Sequence record: SRR2962707_781
Length of the DNA: 64,000 nt
Reading direction: 5' to 3' (one strand)
Shown: in pieces, positions 18,339 through 28,178 of the stretch
Position numbering within the stretch: position 1 is the first letter of the stretch
How the letters are laid out: each line of letters opens with the position of its first letter
Made by a program: the position numbers and the translations under genes
The notes under the pieces: model-generated
Told to the model about the DNA's origin: nothing
Seen by the model: the letters and a program-made list of their open reading frames with translations, nothing else
Databases searched by the model: none

Positions 18339-20647
18339 AGCTTATCGGTTAGTTTCTTAAAAACCGGATCCCTGAACGTGCCATTATCGGTAATCATCGA
18401 GTATTCCACCTCACATATCAATTCAGGTCGCAACCAAACGGTTTTCTTCTCCTCATGCACCTCTCCTTCCAGTGGCTTTTCAGCCGAAACCAAATCAACG
18501 AACTGTTTAGTCAAAGATTTAAGTAACGCATCATCAAAACCGGTCCCAACTCTCCCACGATAGGTAAGTTGATCATCATCCTGCTCTGCAAGTTGTAGCG
18601 ATCCAAAATAATTTTCACGTTCTCCTTCGCCTTGAGTAAACCCAATAATGAAACAGTCTTTCGTTTCCTTTACCTTCACCTTGATCCACGCATCACTTCG
18701 TTTGCCCGGAGTGTATTTCGCATCAATTCGCTTAGCGACGATACCTTCAATTCCATGAGCTTTTGCAGCAGCAAATAGTGCTTTACCATCTTCTTCTGAT
18801 TGACTCACCCGATAGTTGGTCTCTCCAACCCTCAACGAGTCAATCATCCACCACCGTCTTCTGTCCTGTGGGTCATTAATCAGTGATCGACCATCAAGAT
18901 ATAAACAGTCAAAAAGATAGCAGTAGGCAGGTGATCGTTTCGATTCATAATCAAAATTCTTTTTACTCATTAGTCGCTTGATCACCTTCTTGAAGTTGGC
19001 TTTTCCTTCCTGATCCAGGCAAACAATTTCACCGTCAAATATGGCATTGTTGATTCTGAATACCTGCTCAGGTATATTCAATTCCGGAAATTGTTCTGTA
19101 ATGTCATTCCCATTTCTACTATAAATTTTAAGTTGACCCTCATTTAAGTAAATCAAAGCTCTGATCCCATCCCATTTCAATTCATAGTAATAATCACCAA
19201 TTGGAACTCGCTTCGAAGCATCTGCAAGCATTGGCTTCATTGCCTTCTCAAGTAGGTTCTGTTGCGGTGCATCCACACGCTCCAAAAGCCATTCCTTATC
19301 CTTCATTAGATGCATTCGATATTCAGCACTCAACTGCTTCCCGGATAATCGAAAATAGAAACCGTTTTTCTTTTCTTTGGTAATTTCATATCGCCCGGTG
19401 GCATATACCCACATCATACCACCTCCATATTCTCCTTTTGGAATCTCACCTTCAAATGTCAGATATTTCAAAGGATGGTCTTCAGTCTGAACAGCGAGTC
19501 TCTTCACTCCTGGGATGGGTGGCATACCCCGTGGGATAGCCCAGGATTTCAATACCCCATCTTGCTCGAGTCTTAGGTCATAATGCAGGTGAGAAGCATG
19601 ATGACGTTGAATACAGAATCTGCTGCCAGGAGCTTCATTATCTGACAAAAGTGGCTCAGGGGTCCTGTTGAAGTCACGCTTTTTCTCATAATCGGAAAGC
19701 TGTTCTGGCGTTTTGTGCCTTTTATTTCGAGGCAAATCCTTTGCAATCACAGCCCGCTTATCTGTATGCAAGGGTACCGCCCAACCCCTTATCTGCTCCC
19801 AGGCATCTCCGTGTTCTAAAACTCTTTCTACCGTCGTTTTAATGTTCCACTGATCTAACTTTTTTAGTTGCTCCAACTCTTCCCACTCTATCGGTGTTGA
19901 AGCGGTTGCACCTACTCTACCACGGAGACTGTACGGACATATTATGGTCTGCGATGGACGGTTTCGGTAAATATCGACCAATACGCGACCCTTCCTTGAT
20001 TCCTTTTTGATGTGAAGCGTCGTTTGATCATGCTTATTGATGAAATCAGAAGCTACTTTTTTGGCAGCCTGAAAGCATTCTTCGAAGGAATATCGTGCTT
20101 CAATGGGTGTCACCAGGTGCAGCCCTTTACCACCTGTTGTCTTTACAAAAACATGATAGTTATGTCTCTCAAGATGCTCTTTGAGCGCAAAAGCAATGTC
20201 TTTGAGTTCCATCAATGGAAAGGATCCGTCTTCCGGAGGATCCAGGTCATATACAATGTAGTCAGGTTTATCACTGTGTTCGGAAAAACTGTGAATCTGA
20301 TGTATCTCCAAGCAAGCTAAATTCGCCAACCAAACCAGTGTAGCTTCTTCCTTAGCTACCACATATTCTTTCTTACGCTCCTGGCCCAGCCTCTTATAGT
20401 CAATCCAGTCAGGTGTCCAATCAGGCCGATGTTTTTGGAAGAACTGCTCCCCATAAATCCCATCCGGATATCGGACCAGCGAAAGTGCACGACCCCTGAT
20501 GTGGTTAAGAATGGTTGGAGCCAGTTTCAGGTAATACTCAATGATCTCGGCTTTAACGATATCATCATCCGGATAGAGGACCTTATCCAAATTAGAAAGC
20601 TCAATGACGCGCTTTCCTACCTCCGCATGTATTTTCTGTTTTGCCAT
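18335..20647 (-). CDS. ligD: NHEJ DNA ligase D (polymerase - 3' phosphoesterase - ATP-dependent ligase)
   Basis: POL: SNLDKVLYP, DLDP, KTTGGKGLH, PYSLR; PE: YEKKRDF..TPEP, QRHHASHLHYDLRLE, EDHP; LIG: ELKWDGIRA, DGEIV, EGIVAK, VGTGF. Confidence 0.93.
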   Translation of the reverse strand: MAKQKIHAEVGKRVIELSNLDKVLYPDDDIVKAEIIEYYLKLAPTILNHIRGRALSLVRYPDGIYGEQFFQKHRPDWTPDWIDYKRLGQERKKEYVVAKEEATLVWLANLACLEIHQIHSFSEHSDKPDYIVYDLDPPEDGSFPLMELKDIAFALKEHLERHNYHVFVKTTGGKGLHLVTPIEARYSFEECFQAAKKVASDFINKHDQTTLHIKKESRKGRVLVDIYRNRPSQTIICPYSLRGRVGATASTPIEWEELEQLKKLDQWNIKTTVERVLEHGDAWEQIRGWAVPLHTDKRAVIAKDLPRNKRHKTPEQLSDYEKKRDFNRTPEPLLSDNEAPGSRFCIQRHHASHLHYDLRLEQDGVLKSWAIPRGMPPIPGVKRLAVQTEDHPLKYLTFEGEIPKGEYGGGMMWVYATGRYEITKEKKNGFYFRLSGKQLSAEYRMHLMKDKEWLLERVDAPQQNLLEKAMKPMLADASKRVPIGDYYYELKWDGIRALIYLNEGQLKIYSRNGNDITEQFPELNIPEQVFRINNAIFDGEIVCLDQEGKANFKKVIKRLMSKKNFDYESKRSPAYCYLFDCLYLDGRSLINDPQDRRRWWMIDSLRVGETNYRVSQSEEDGKALFAAAKAHGIEGIVAKRIDAKYTPGKRSDAWIKVKVKETKDCFIIGFTQGEGERENYFGSLQLAEQDDDQLTYRGRVGTGFDDALLKSLTKQFVDLVSAEKPLEGEVHEEKKTVWLRPELICEVEYSMITDNGTFRDPVFKKLTDKL

Positions 20648-20755
20648 CTTCTCTTCAAAGTGCTACTTCCGCATGTAGTTTTTGCTCAGACATGATTGAC
20701 AGATAAATATACATGAGATATTTACCCAAAGCCATAGACGTTATATCTTCGTTGT

Positions 20756-22921
20756 ATGAAAAATTTTAGTGATGCTGCAGAACTGGCAGCTAACTATGTA
20801 AACACAACGAATCGTCACATTTTTCTGACCGGGAAAGCGGGTACAGGTAAGACCACTTTTCTCCGAAACATCATTCGTAACACCTACAAAAATGCGGCGG
20901 TTGCTGCTCCAACGGGAATTGCAGCCATTAATGCTGAGGGAGTTACGCTACATTCGCTGTTGCAGTTGCCTTTTGGGACATTTATACCTGAAGACATTCC
21001 TTTTTCAGAACGAAACATTCAGGTGAATACCCCCTCTACCCTTTTTCGTGAAGCAAAGTTTGGTGCCCAAAAACGTAAGCTTATTAATGAGCTGGAGCTG
21101 CTCATCATTGATGAAGTAAGTATGCTTCGAGCTGATCTGTTGGACTGTATTGATGCTACTTTGCGTAAGCTTAGGAAGCGTCGTTTTGATCCTTTTGGAG
21201 GTTTACAGATTCTTTTCATTGGAGATTTGATGCAGCTACCTCCGGTGGTGAAAAGAGAAGAAGCCGCTTTATTGCAACAGTACTATTCGTCACCCTATTT
21301 TTTTGAAGCAAGAGCCCTGAAGGAAAACCCACCCATTCGTGTAGAGCTCGATAAAGTGTATCGCCAGAGTGATCAGGATTTTATTGACCTGCTGAATCGC
21401 CTAAGGCACAATGAGTTGGAATATGATGATGTTGAACTCCTCAACTCAAAATATCACCCTGAATTGGTTGATCGTGATGGGTACATCCACTTGACCACAC
21501 ATAATCATAAAGCAGATAAAATCAACGCAACGCGTCTTGCTGAATTAAAATCTTCCCCGGAATCATTTGAAGCTGATTTAAGTGGTGACTTTCCTGAAAA
21601 TGCTTATCCATGTGAGCCTGTTCTTACTTTGAAAGAAGATGCGCAGGTCATGTTCATCAAGAATGATCCAAGCGGAAAGGGTCAGTTTTTTAACGGAAAA
21701 ATTGGAAAAGTCTCTAACCTCGATGATGGCATCAAAGTCAAGTTTGAAGATGGCGAAGAGGTATCAGTGGAACAATACGAGTGGGAAAATGTGCGGTATG
21801 TGCTTGACAAATCAACCAATGAAGTGGACAAAAAAGTTTTGGGGACCTTTAAACAGTTTCCGCTAAAACTGGCATGGGCGGTAACTATTCATAAATCACA
21901 AGGCTTAACATTCGAAAAAGCCATTCTGGATCTTGAAGGAACGTTTGCTGCCGGTCAACTCTATGTGGCTCTATCAAGGCTCACCTCCCTTGAGGGACTC
22001 ATTCTGTCCAGCCCGTTACCCCAACGATCACCAGCTGTGGATGAGCAGCTTAAATACTACATCAGCAGTTTTGAAGGTACGAAACAGCTTGAAGAAACGT
22101 TCGAGCGAGATCGGCACGCCTTTATCAATGAGTTTACAGATCGAGCATTCCTATTTGACCCGATGCTTCGTGAACTGGTTAATCACAAAAAGACATTCAA
22201 TAAGGACGAGAATCGCTCGCTCAAGCAAAAGCATCTTCCGTGGACAGATAATCTGATCAATGACACGTTTCCGCTAAAGGATGTAGGTGAAAACTTTACT
22301 AGACAGGTGCGAAAGATCCTATTAGACAAAGACTTGCATCTATTGGCCGAACGTATGGCTAAGGCGACAGACTATTTTGATGAAAAGCTGTCGGATTTAA
22401 TAGATAGAATTACCAAGCAATACCGAACACTTAAAACACAGGCTCAAGCCAAAACATATCGGGCTGAGCTGCTGGAGATTAAGGAGCTCTTCTCATTACA
22501 ACTCAAGCAAATTGTCAAGCTGAACCTGCTTGTTCAGCATATGAATGAGGGAGTGCCTTTGACAAAAGAAAAGTTGAGAGCAAGTAAGCAACTAAATGCG
22601 GTTAAGCAAAGTAGCAGTAAAGACAAAACACCGACCGCAGAGATCAGCCACGAAATGTACAAAGAAGGAAAATCCATCAAGGTCATAGCTGAAGAGCGTG
22701 GATTAGCTGAGGGAACTATCGAAGGGCATTTAGCCAAATACGTGGAGATGGGTCAGGTTGACGTAACTGATTTTGTCAAACCAAATCGATTGAAGAATAT
22801 CCTGAAATGTTTTGATGAAGGATTAACTAAATCCGGGGAAATAAAAGGGGCCTTGCCTGATAGCTACACGTGGGGAGAGATAAAGATGGGCATTGCACAT
22901 GCAAATGCAAGAGATTCTTAG
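20756..22921 (+). CDS. PIF1/RecD-like SF1B helicase with a C-terminal HTH
   Basis: GKAGTGKT, APTGIAA, DEVSM, GDLMQLPPV, TIHKSQGLTF, YVALSR; C-terminal IAEERGLAEGTIEGHL HTH. Confidence 0.9.
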   Translation: MKNFSDAAELAANYVNTTNRHIFLTGKAGTGKTTFLRNIIRNTYKNAAVAAPTGIAAINAEGVTLHSLLQLPFGTFIPEDIPFSERNIQVNTPSTLFREAKFGAQKRKLINELELLIIDEVSMLRADLLDCIDATLRKLRKRRFDPFGGLQILFIGDLMQLPPVVKREEAALLQQYYSSPYFFEARALKENPPIRVELDKVYRQSDQDFIDLLNRLRHNELEYDDVELLNSKYHPELVDRDGYIHLTTHNHKADKINATRLAELKSSPESFEADLSGDFPENAYPCEPVLTLKEDAQVMFIKNDPSGKGQFFNGKIGKVSNLDDGIKVKFEDGEEVSVEQYEWENVRYVLDKSTNEVDKKVLGTFKQFPLKLAWAVTIHKSQGLTFEKAILDLEGTFAAGQLYVALSRLTSLEGLILSSPLPQRSPAVDEQLKYYISSFEGTKQLEETFERDRHAFINEFTDRAFLFDPMLRELVNHKKTFNKDENRSLKQKHLPWTDNLINDTFPLKDVGENFTRQVRKILLDKDLHLLAERMAKATDYFDEKLSDLIDRITKQYRTLKTQAQAKTYRAELLEIKELFSLQLKQIVKLNLLVQHMNEGVPLTKEKLRASKQLNAVKQSSSKDKTPTAEISHEMYKEGKSIKVIAEERGLAEGTIEGHLAKYVEMGQVDVTDFVKPNRLKNILKCFDEGLTKSGEIKGALPDSYTWGEIKMGIAHANARDS

Positions 22922-22977
22922 CAAAGTTATTGACTACCTATTACCCAACTAAACAGAAATGCTAAATATTGTTCTTT

Positions 22978-23439
22978 ATGTTCGAAGAAGATGATGATAT
23001 CCCCGATAGTAGAAACCTTCCCATTTTTAAAAAAGGGGTAGAAATTGCAGAACTTGTCAGAGCTTTAGTAGAACTAATTCCTGAAGATAATGAAATACTC
23101 AAGGAAGTTGGAGTTTGGATGATGAATGATGCTCATAATTTAGCTGTCAAGGTCTCCGGTGCTGAAGCTGGTGATCTTTATGATATAAAAATGGAATGTG
23201 CAGCAATCATTAGAAAATCAGCAAGAGAACTTATTATTCAAACTCACAGTCTTGAAATGCATGGATTTGAAGAAACTCAATATTTCCAGTTGTTGCGAGA
23301 TGCAGTGGAGGAGTACAGGCTACTATTTATTGATTGGGTTGAAACCTTCGACCCATGGAATTACATAATTGACCGATGGGGTTTGTTCAACCCACCAGGA
23401 GTAGGCCCTGATGATACAGATCCTGATGATTTATACTAA
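22978..23439 (+). CDS. Conserved hypothetical protein, possible four-helix-bundle fold
   Basis: ATG 22978; LPIFKKG.EI and GAEAGDLYDIKMECAAIIRKSAREL amphipathic helices; DRWGLFNPPG tail. Confidence 0.7.
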   Translation: MFEEDDDIPDSRNLPIFKKGVEIAELVRALVELIPEDNEILKEVGVWMMNDAHNLAVKVSGAEAGDLYDIKMECAAIIRKSARELIIQTHSLEMHGFEETQYFQLLRDAVEEYRLLFIDWVETFDPWNYIIDRWGLFNPPGVGPDDTDPDDLY

Positions 23440-24042
23440 ATGCTCAACTTGGTTAAAATCTTTTAGATAAAACGAGTTTCTACGATAGCCCAATACATAA
23501 TATGAGCAGTTCATATGTGGAAAGCCGTCCATGTAATTCAATGGATAATTAAGCGTCCAGCAGAGCAGTACTCGCATGGCTCTACCGTGCATACAGATCA
23601 ATACGTTTTCACCTGGTGTTTCAAGCACCTGATCCATCGCCGCTTGCTGGCGTTTCATAACTTCAATCGGATTTTCCCCACCACCAACATTTAAATGAAG
23701 ATTCCCCTTTCTCCACCCCTTTACCGTATCAGCATATAAGTTCTTGGCTTCATAGCTAGCCTTTACCCCTTCCTGATTACCCCAGCTGATTTCATCAAAT
23801 CCATCCAGTGAAGTTAAGGGTGTCCCATTTTTTATAAATTGACCCACTGTTTCATACGTCCGGACAAGTGCAGAAGTAAATACATGATCAAATTTGATCT
23901 CTGAAAAGGATTCACCTGCACGCTGAGCCTGTTCTTTTCCAAACTCATTAAGAGAGGCATTTACACCTCTTCCCTGCACCATTCCATTTCTATTAAAATC
24001 CGTTTCTCCGTGACGAAGTATATAAATGGTCTTGTTTTTCAA
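23431..24042 (-). CDS. Histidine phosphatase (phosphoglycerate-mutase family)
   Basis: LRHGETDFN, DEISWG, second His motif MHG. Confidence 0.9.
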   Translation of the reverse strand: MKNKTIYILRHGETDFNRNGMVQGRGVNASLNEFGKEQAQRAGESFSEIKFDHVFTSALVRTYETVGQFIKNGTPLTSLDGFDEISWGNQEGVKASYEAKNLYADTVKGWRKGNLHLNVGGGENPIEVMKRQQAAMDQVLETPGENVLICMHGRAMRVLLCWTLNYPLNYMDGFPHMNCSYYVLGYRRNSFYLKDFNQVEHLV

Positions 24043-24070
24043 ATTCCGTTTATCTTGGTTTGCTAATAGG

Positions 24071-24505
24071 ATGGCAAAAGAACGAATTTTTCCTGAGTAC
24101 CTGGAGTTAGATGCATTAAATCACATGTCAGAAGGCTGTATGGTTGAGCATTTGGGGATCAAGTTTATTGAAATAGGTACAGACTACATCAAGGCGACTA
24201 TGCCGGTAGATCACCGAACAAAGCAACCAATGGGGCTGTTACATGGAGGTGCGTCAGTAGCCTTAGCAGAGACCATGGGCAGTGTTGGAGCTTCGGTGTG
24301 TATCGACATGAATAAGCAGCACGCCGTGGGTGTGGAAATCAATGCAAACCACATTAAATCTGCCAGAAGTGGGTTGGTTACCGGAACTGCGAAACCCATT
24401 CACCTGGGCAAAGGAACTCATGTTTGGGGCATTGAAATACACAACGAAGATAACCAGCTAGTGGCTGTGAGTAGAATAACAATGGCTATTTTAGATCGTA
24501 AGTAG
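24071..24505 (+). CDS. menI: Hotdog-fold thioesterase, probable DHNA-CoA thioesterase
   Basis: QPMGLLHGGASVALAET and EINANH; first gene of the men cluster; start taken at ATG 24071. Confidence 0.8.
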   Translation: MAKERIFPEYLELDALNHMSEGCMVEHLGIKFIEIGTDYIKATMPVDHRTKQPMGLLHGGASVALAETMGSVGASVCIDMNKQHAVGVEINANHIKSARSGLVTGTAKPIHLGKGTHVWGIEIHNEDNQLVAVSRITMAILDRK

Positions 24506-25668
24506 TGAAAGAGCTGATTAGTAAATTAAATCTTCAAGACCGTCATGTTTTAACCAAACAGTTAATTCGGGCCGAGTATGCTTTTGCAGCATGGAAAATG
24601 CCTCTGCAGAACGAAATCACCTTCATCGTCTCTCTAAATGGAGCTTATCAACTAAGCGATTTTCTCCTCACCGATTTAGATCAGGGATTTTTGATTAATC
24701 GATATTCGGATAACCATCCATTAAAGCCTTATTATATCGGTGCTGATTTGGTCATTAAATCCGATGACATTTTGCTCAATCCAAAAATCACTTCCGGTGA
24801 AATAGATGCGTTTAAATCAGAGCTGGACAACCAGGAAAATGACGAGAAAAAACAAGTTAGAAGCAAAATCCAGGAACAGTCACCTTCTGACTTTGAGGAT
24901 AATGTTAGTCGGGCCATAGAAGAAATCAGGAACGGATCCTTTGAAAAAGTAGTCCTTTCCAGATATAAAGATGAAGAACTTCCTGATGATTTTTCTCCAT
25001 GGAAATTCTTCGAAGGTATATGCGAAAAATACAATAATTCATTCTGTAGCATCACTTATATCCCTGATCAGGGATTATGGATTGGAGCTACTCCAGAGCT
25101 GTTAATCTCAGATGATTCACAGCACTTTAGAACTGTTTCTTTAGCAGGGACAAAACATCTTACGGAAGATCAAACCTTAAGTGAAATAGCCTGGACTCAG
25201 AAAGAAATTGAAGAGCAGGCTTTTGTGAGCAGGTATGTGATCAATTGCTTCAAAAAAATTCGTTTACGAGAGTTTCACGAACATGGTCCGAAGACCATTC
25301 AGGCTGGGAATTTAGCACACCTCAAAACAGAGTTCATTGTTGACTATGCGGAAGTTTCTTTCGATGGGCTGGCAGATCAAATGCTGGAGCTACTCCACCC
25401 TACCTCAGCTGTTTGTGGAATGCCAATTGAGCAAACTAAACCATGGATTTCGCAAGTGGAAAATTATGATCGGGAGTTTTATTCTGGATTTCTCGGGCCA
25501 GTCAATCTCGAAAATAAAATCGATCTGTTTGTAAACCTGAGGTGTATGAAAGTGAGTAATGGAATTGTAAGATTCTATGCAGGGGCTGGTATTACGGAGG
25601 ATTCAAGCCCTCAGAAGGAATATGAGGAGACTGAAATAAAGATGAACATTTTGAAGGGCTTAATATAG
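24505..25668 (+). CDS. menF: Isochorismate synthase
   Basis: KVVLSR, GATPELL, SLAGT, LHPTSAVCG, REFYSGFLG, VNLRCM, YAGAGIT; directly upstream of menD. Confidence 0.88.
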   Translation: MKELISKLNLQDRHVLTKQLIRAEYAFAAWKMPLQNEITFIVSLNGAYQLSDFLLTDLDQGFLINRYSDNHPLKPYYIGADLVIKSDDILLNPKITSGEIDAFKSELDNQENDEKKQVRSKIQEQSPSDFEDNVSRAIEEIRNGSFEKVVLSRYKDEELPDDFSPWKFFEGICEKYNNSFCSITYIPDQGLWIGATPELLISDDSQHFRTVSLAGTKHLTEDQTLSEIAWTQKEIEEQAFVSRYVINCFKKIRLREFHEHGPKTIQAGNLAHLKTEFIVDYAEVSFDGLADQMLELLHPTSAVCGMPIEQTKPWISQVENYDREFYSGFLGPVNLENKIDLFVNLRCMKVSNGIVRFYAGAGITEDSSPQKEYEETEIKMNILKGLI

Positions 25669-25671
25669 CAT

Positions 25672-27312
25672 ATGCTCAACCCAACCGTTTTTAATACATC
25701 TCAAATTTGCTATCAACTGGGAGTAAAACATGCAGTGATGTCTCCGGGTTCGAGAAACGCTCCTTTAACAATATCTTTCGCACGACATGATGGAATTAAG
25801 AAATGGATCATTCCGGATGAACGATCTGCAGGGTTTGTGGCGCTTGGGATAGCACAAGAGACCAAGACACCAGTGGTTCTTTGTTGCACCAGTGGTTCTG
25901 CATTACTTAATTACGCTCCTGCTATTGCGGAGGCATATTATCGGGAGATTCCTTTGCTCATCCTTTCAGCCGATAGACCCCCGGGACTCATTGATCAGCG
26001 AGATGGTCAGACTATACGGCAATTTGAATCGCTGAAAAATCATGTGAAAGGCTCTTTCAACTTGCCGGTTATTTCAGATGAATCTGACATTAAAGATTAT
26101 CAGGCCAGGCTAATTGAGGCGATGAGACTATCTGGTCAATTACCTAAAGGTCCTGTACATCTAAATATTCCTTTCAGTGAACCCTTTTACCCCGAAAAGG
26201 ATCAGCAACTTACTTTTAAGCACGTAGAAATAGCACCTTCACCAGAGAAATCCAAGAATGATACTGCTCAAATTGAAGCTTCGGCATTTAAGAAAACACT
26301 GATTTTAATCGGTCAAAATGATAAAGATGAAGAGCTCGATCATTTGCTGACATCTATTTCGAAACTGATCCCGGTTATCAAATCTCCTCTCAATAACCTT
26401 TCCAATGGTATCGAGTATGTAGATGCCTTTATTGAAGACCAGGAAGATCTAATACCAGATTTACTAATCACATCCGGTTTATCTGTTTTATCGAAGAAGT
26501 TGAAAAAATTCCTAAGGAAGTATACTCCAAAGAAGCATTTTCATTTTGATCCTGCTGGCGTTGAGGTAGATACGTATCAGTCCAACCCGGAATTAATAAA
26601 AGGATCAGTCAAGGAATTCTTAAGATCCCTCAATGCGAGCCAGGTTGACGGATCGTATCTGGACAGCTGGAGGGAATATGAGAATCGGACGAAGGACGCA
26701 CTAAAAGAATTCACAAGAGAAGCTAAGTTTTCAGAGAGCAAGGCTGCAAATATGGTATTGAAATCAATTCCTGATGGTGCTATGCTTCACCTAAGTAACT
26801 CTATGCCTGTTCGCTATGCAGATTTGTTTGGTGTAAAAGAGGGGTTAGCGTGTTTGAGTAATCGAGGCACTAGCGGTATTGATGGTTGTACATCTACTGC
26901 TGTAGGAGTAAGTTTTGTTTCAGACAGATTAAATGTTCTACTCACAGGGGATTTGGCTTTTCTCTATGACCGTAATGCATTCTTTCACAATTATTCATTG
27001 CACAATCTTCGAATAATCGTTCTTAACAATCAGGGAGGAGGAATTTTCCGGTTAATTGAGGGACCATCAAACCTTCCTGAATTAGAAGATTACTTTGAAA
27101 CAAGGCATAATCGAACAGCAGAATATATTTGTGCAGAGAATGAGATTGATTATCTGACTGCAGACGATGAACAATCTCTTTCAAACCATCTTGAAGGATT
27201 ATTTAGGTCTTCTGATAAAGCAAAAGTTTTAGAGGTTTTCACTGATCCTGAAATCAATCAAAAAGTTTACAAAGAATTAAAAAAGCAGATACATGAGCGA
27301 ATCAAAAATTGA
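25672..27312 (+). CDS. menD: SEPHCHC synthase
   Basis: SPGSRNAPL, DERSAGF.ALG, CTSGSA, NRGTSGIDG, GDLAF..D.N and NNQGGGIF. Confidence 0.95.
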   Translation: MLNPTVFNTSQICYQLGVKHAVMSPGSRNAPLTISFARHDGIKKWIIPDERSAGFVALGIAQETKTPVVLCCTSGSALLNYAPAIAEAYYREIPLLILSADRPPGLIDQRDGQTIRQFESLKNHVKGSFNLPVISDESDIKDYQARLIEAMRLSGQLPKGPVHLNIPFSEPFYPEKDQQLTFKHVEIAPSPEKSKNDTAQIEASAFKKTLILIGQNDKDEELDHLLTSISKLIPVIKSPLNNLSNGIEYVDAFIEDQEDLIPDLLITSGLSVLSKKLKKFLRKYTPKKHFHFDPAGVEVDTYQSNPELIKGSVKEFLRSLNASQVDGSYLDSWREYENRTKDALKEFTREAKFSESKAANMVLKSIPDGAMLHLSNSMPVRYADLFGVKEGLACLSNRGTSGIDGCTSTAVGVSFVSDRLNVLLTGDLAFLYDRNAFFHNYSLHNLRIIVLNNQGGGIFRLIEGPSNLPELEDYFETRHNRTAEYICAENEIDYLTADDEQSLSNHLEGLFRSSDKAKVLEVFTDPEINQKVYKELKKQIHERIKN

Positions 27313-28141
27313 CTGGAAGAACATTGGAGACTTTGAGGACATCACCTACAAAAAGTGCGGCAAAGTGGCACGTATTGCTTTCAACCGGCCTGAAGTCAGG
27401 AATGCGTTTCGCCCAAAAACTGTAGCCGAACTATACAAGGCATTTCTTGACGCTCGGGAAGATGTGAACATCGGGGTTGTGCTATTGAGTGGTGAGGGTC
27501 CTTCGCCAAAAGATGGAGGATGGGCTTTTTGTAGCGGTGGAGATCAAAATGCCAGAGGGCATCAGGGCTATGTGGATGATGACGGAATGCCAAGACTAAA
27601 TATTCTGGAAGTACAGCGACTGATTCGATTTATGCCAAAAGTTGTTATAGCTGTTGTTCCAGGTTGGGCTGTTGGAGGCGGGCATAGCTTGCACACAGTT
27701 TGTGACCTTACCCTAGCAAGTAAGGAACATGCCATCTTTAAGCAGACAGATGCGGATGTAACCAGTTTTGATGGTGGATACGGTTCAGCTTATCTAGCAA
27801 AAATGGTTGGTCAGAAAAGAGCTCGTGAAATTTTCTTTTTAGGTCGTAACTATTCCGCTCAGGAAGCTTTTGAAATGGGGATGGTCAATGCTGTAATCCC
27901 TCATGATGAATTAGAAGCAGAGGCTTTTCAGTGGGCTCAGGAAATTTTGGCTAAGTCTCCTACTTCGATCAAGATGTTAAAGTTTGCATTTAATCTTACC
28001 GATGATGGAATGGTCGGTCAGCAGGTATTCGCAGGTGAAGCAACAAGACTGGCTTATATGACCGATGAAGCTAAAGAAGGGAGGAATGCATTCCTGGAAA
28101 AAAGGAAACCCAACTTTGATGACATCAAGTGGATCCCATGA
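27293..28141 (+). CDS. menB: 1,4-dihydroxy-2-naphthoyl-CoA synthase
   Basis: RNAFRP, AFCSGGDQ, AVGGGHSLH, SFDGGYGS, EGRNAFLEKR. Confidence 0.97.
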   Translation: MSESKIDWKNIGDFEDITYKKCGKVARIAFNRPEVRNAFRPKTVAELYKAFLDAREDVNIGVVLLSGEGPSPKDGGWAFCSGGDQNARGHQGYVDDDGMPRLNILEVQRLIRFMPKVVIAVVPGWAVGGGHSLHTVCDLTLASKEHAIFKQTDADVTSFDGGYGSAYLAKMVGQKRAREIFFLGRNYSAQEAFEMGMVNAVIPHDELEAEAFQWAQEILAKSPTSIKMLKFAFNLTDDGMVGQQVFAGEATRLAYMTDEAKEGRNAFLEKRKPNFDDIKWIP

Positions 28142-28147
28142 TTAAAT

Positions 28148-28178
28148 AAAAAAAGGGGTTTTAACACCCCTTTCCTTT
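28148..28178. terminator. Probable bidirectional terminator between menB and fecR
   Basis: A-tract, AAAGGGGT-tttaac-ACCCCTTT stem, then T-rich sequence; overlaps the fecR stop. Confidence 0.55.
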
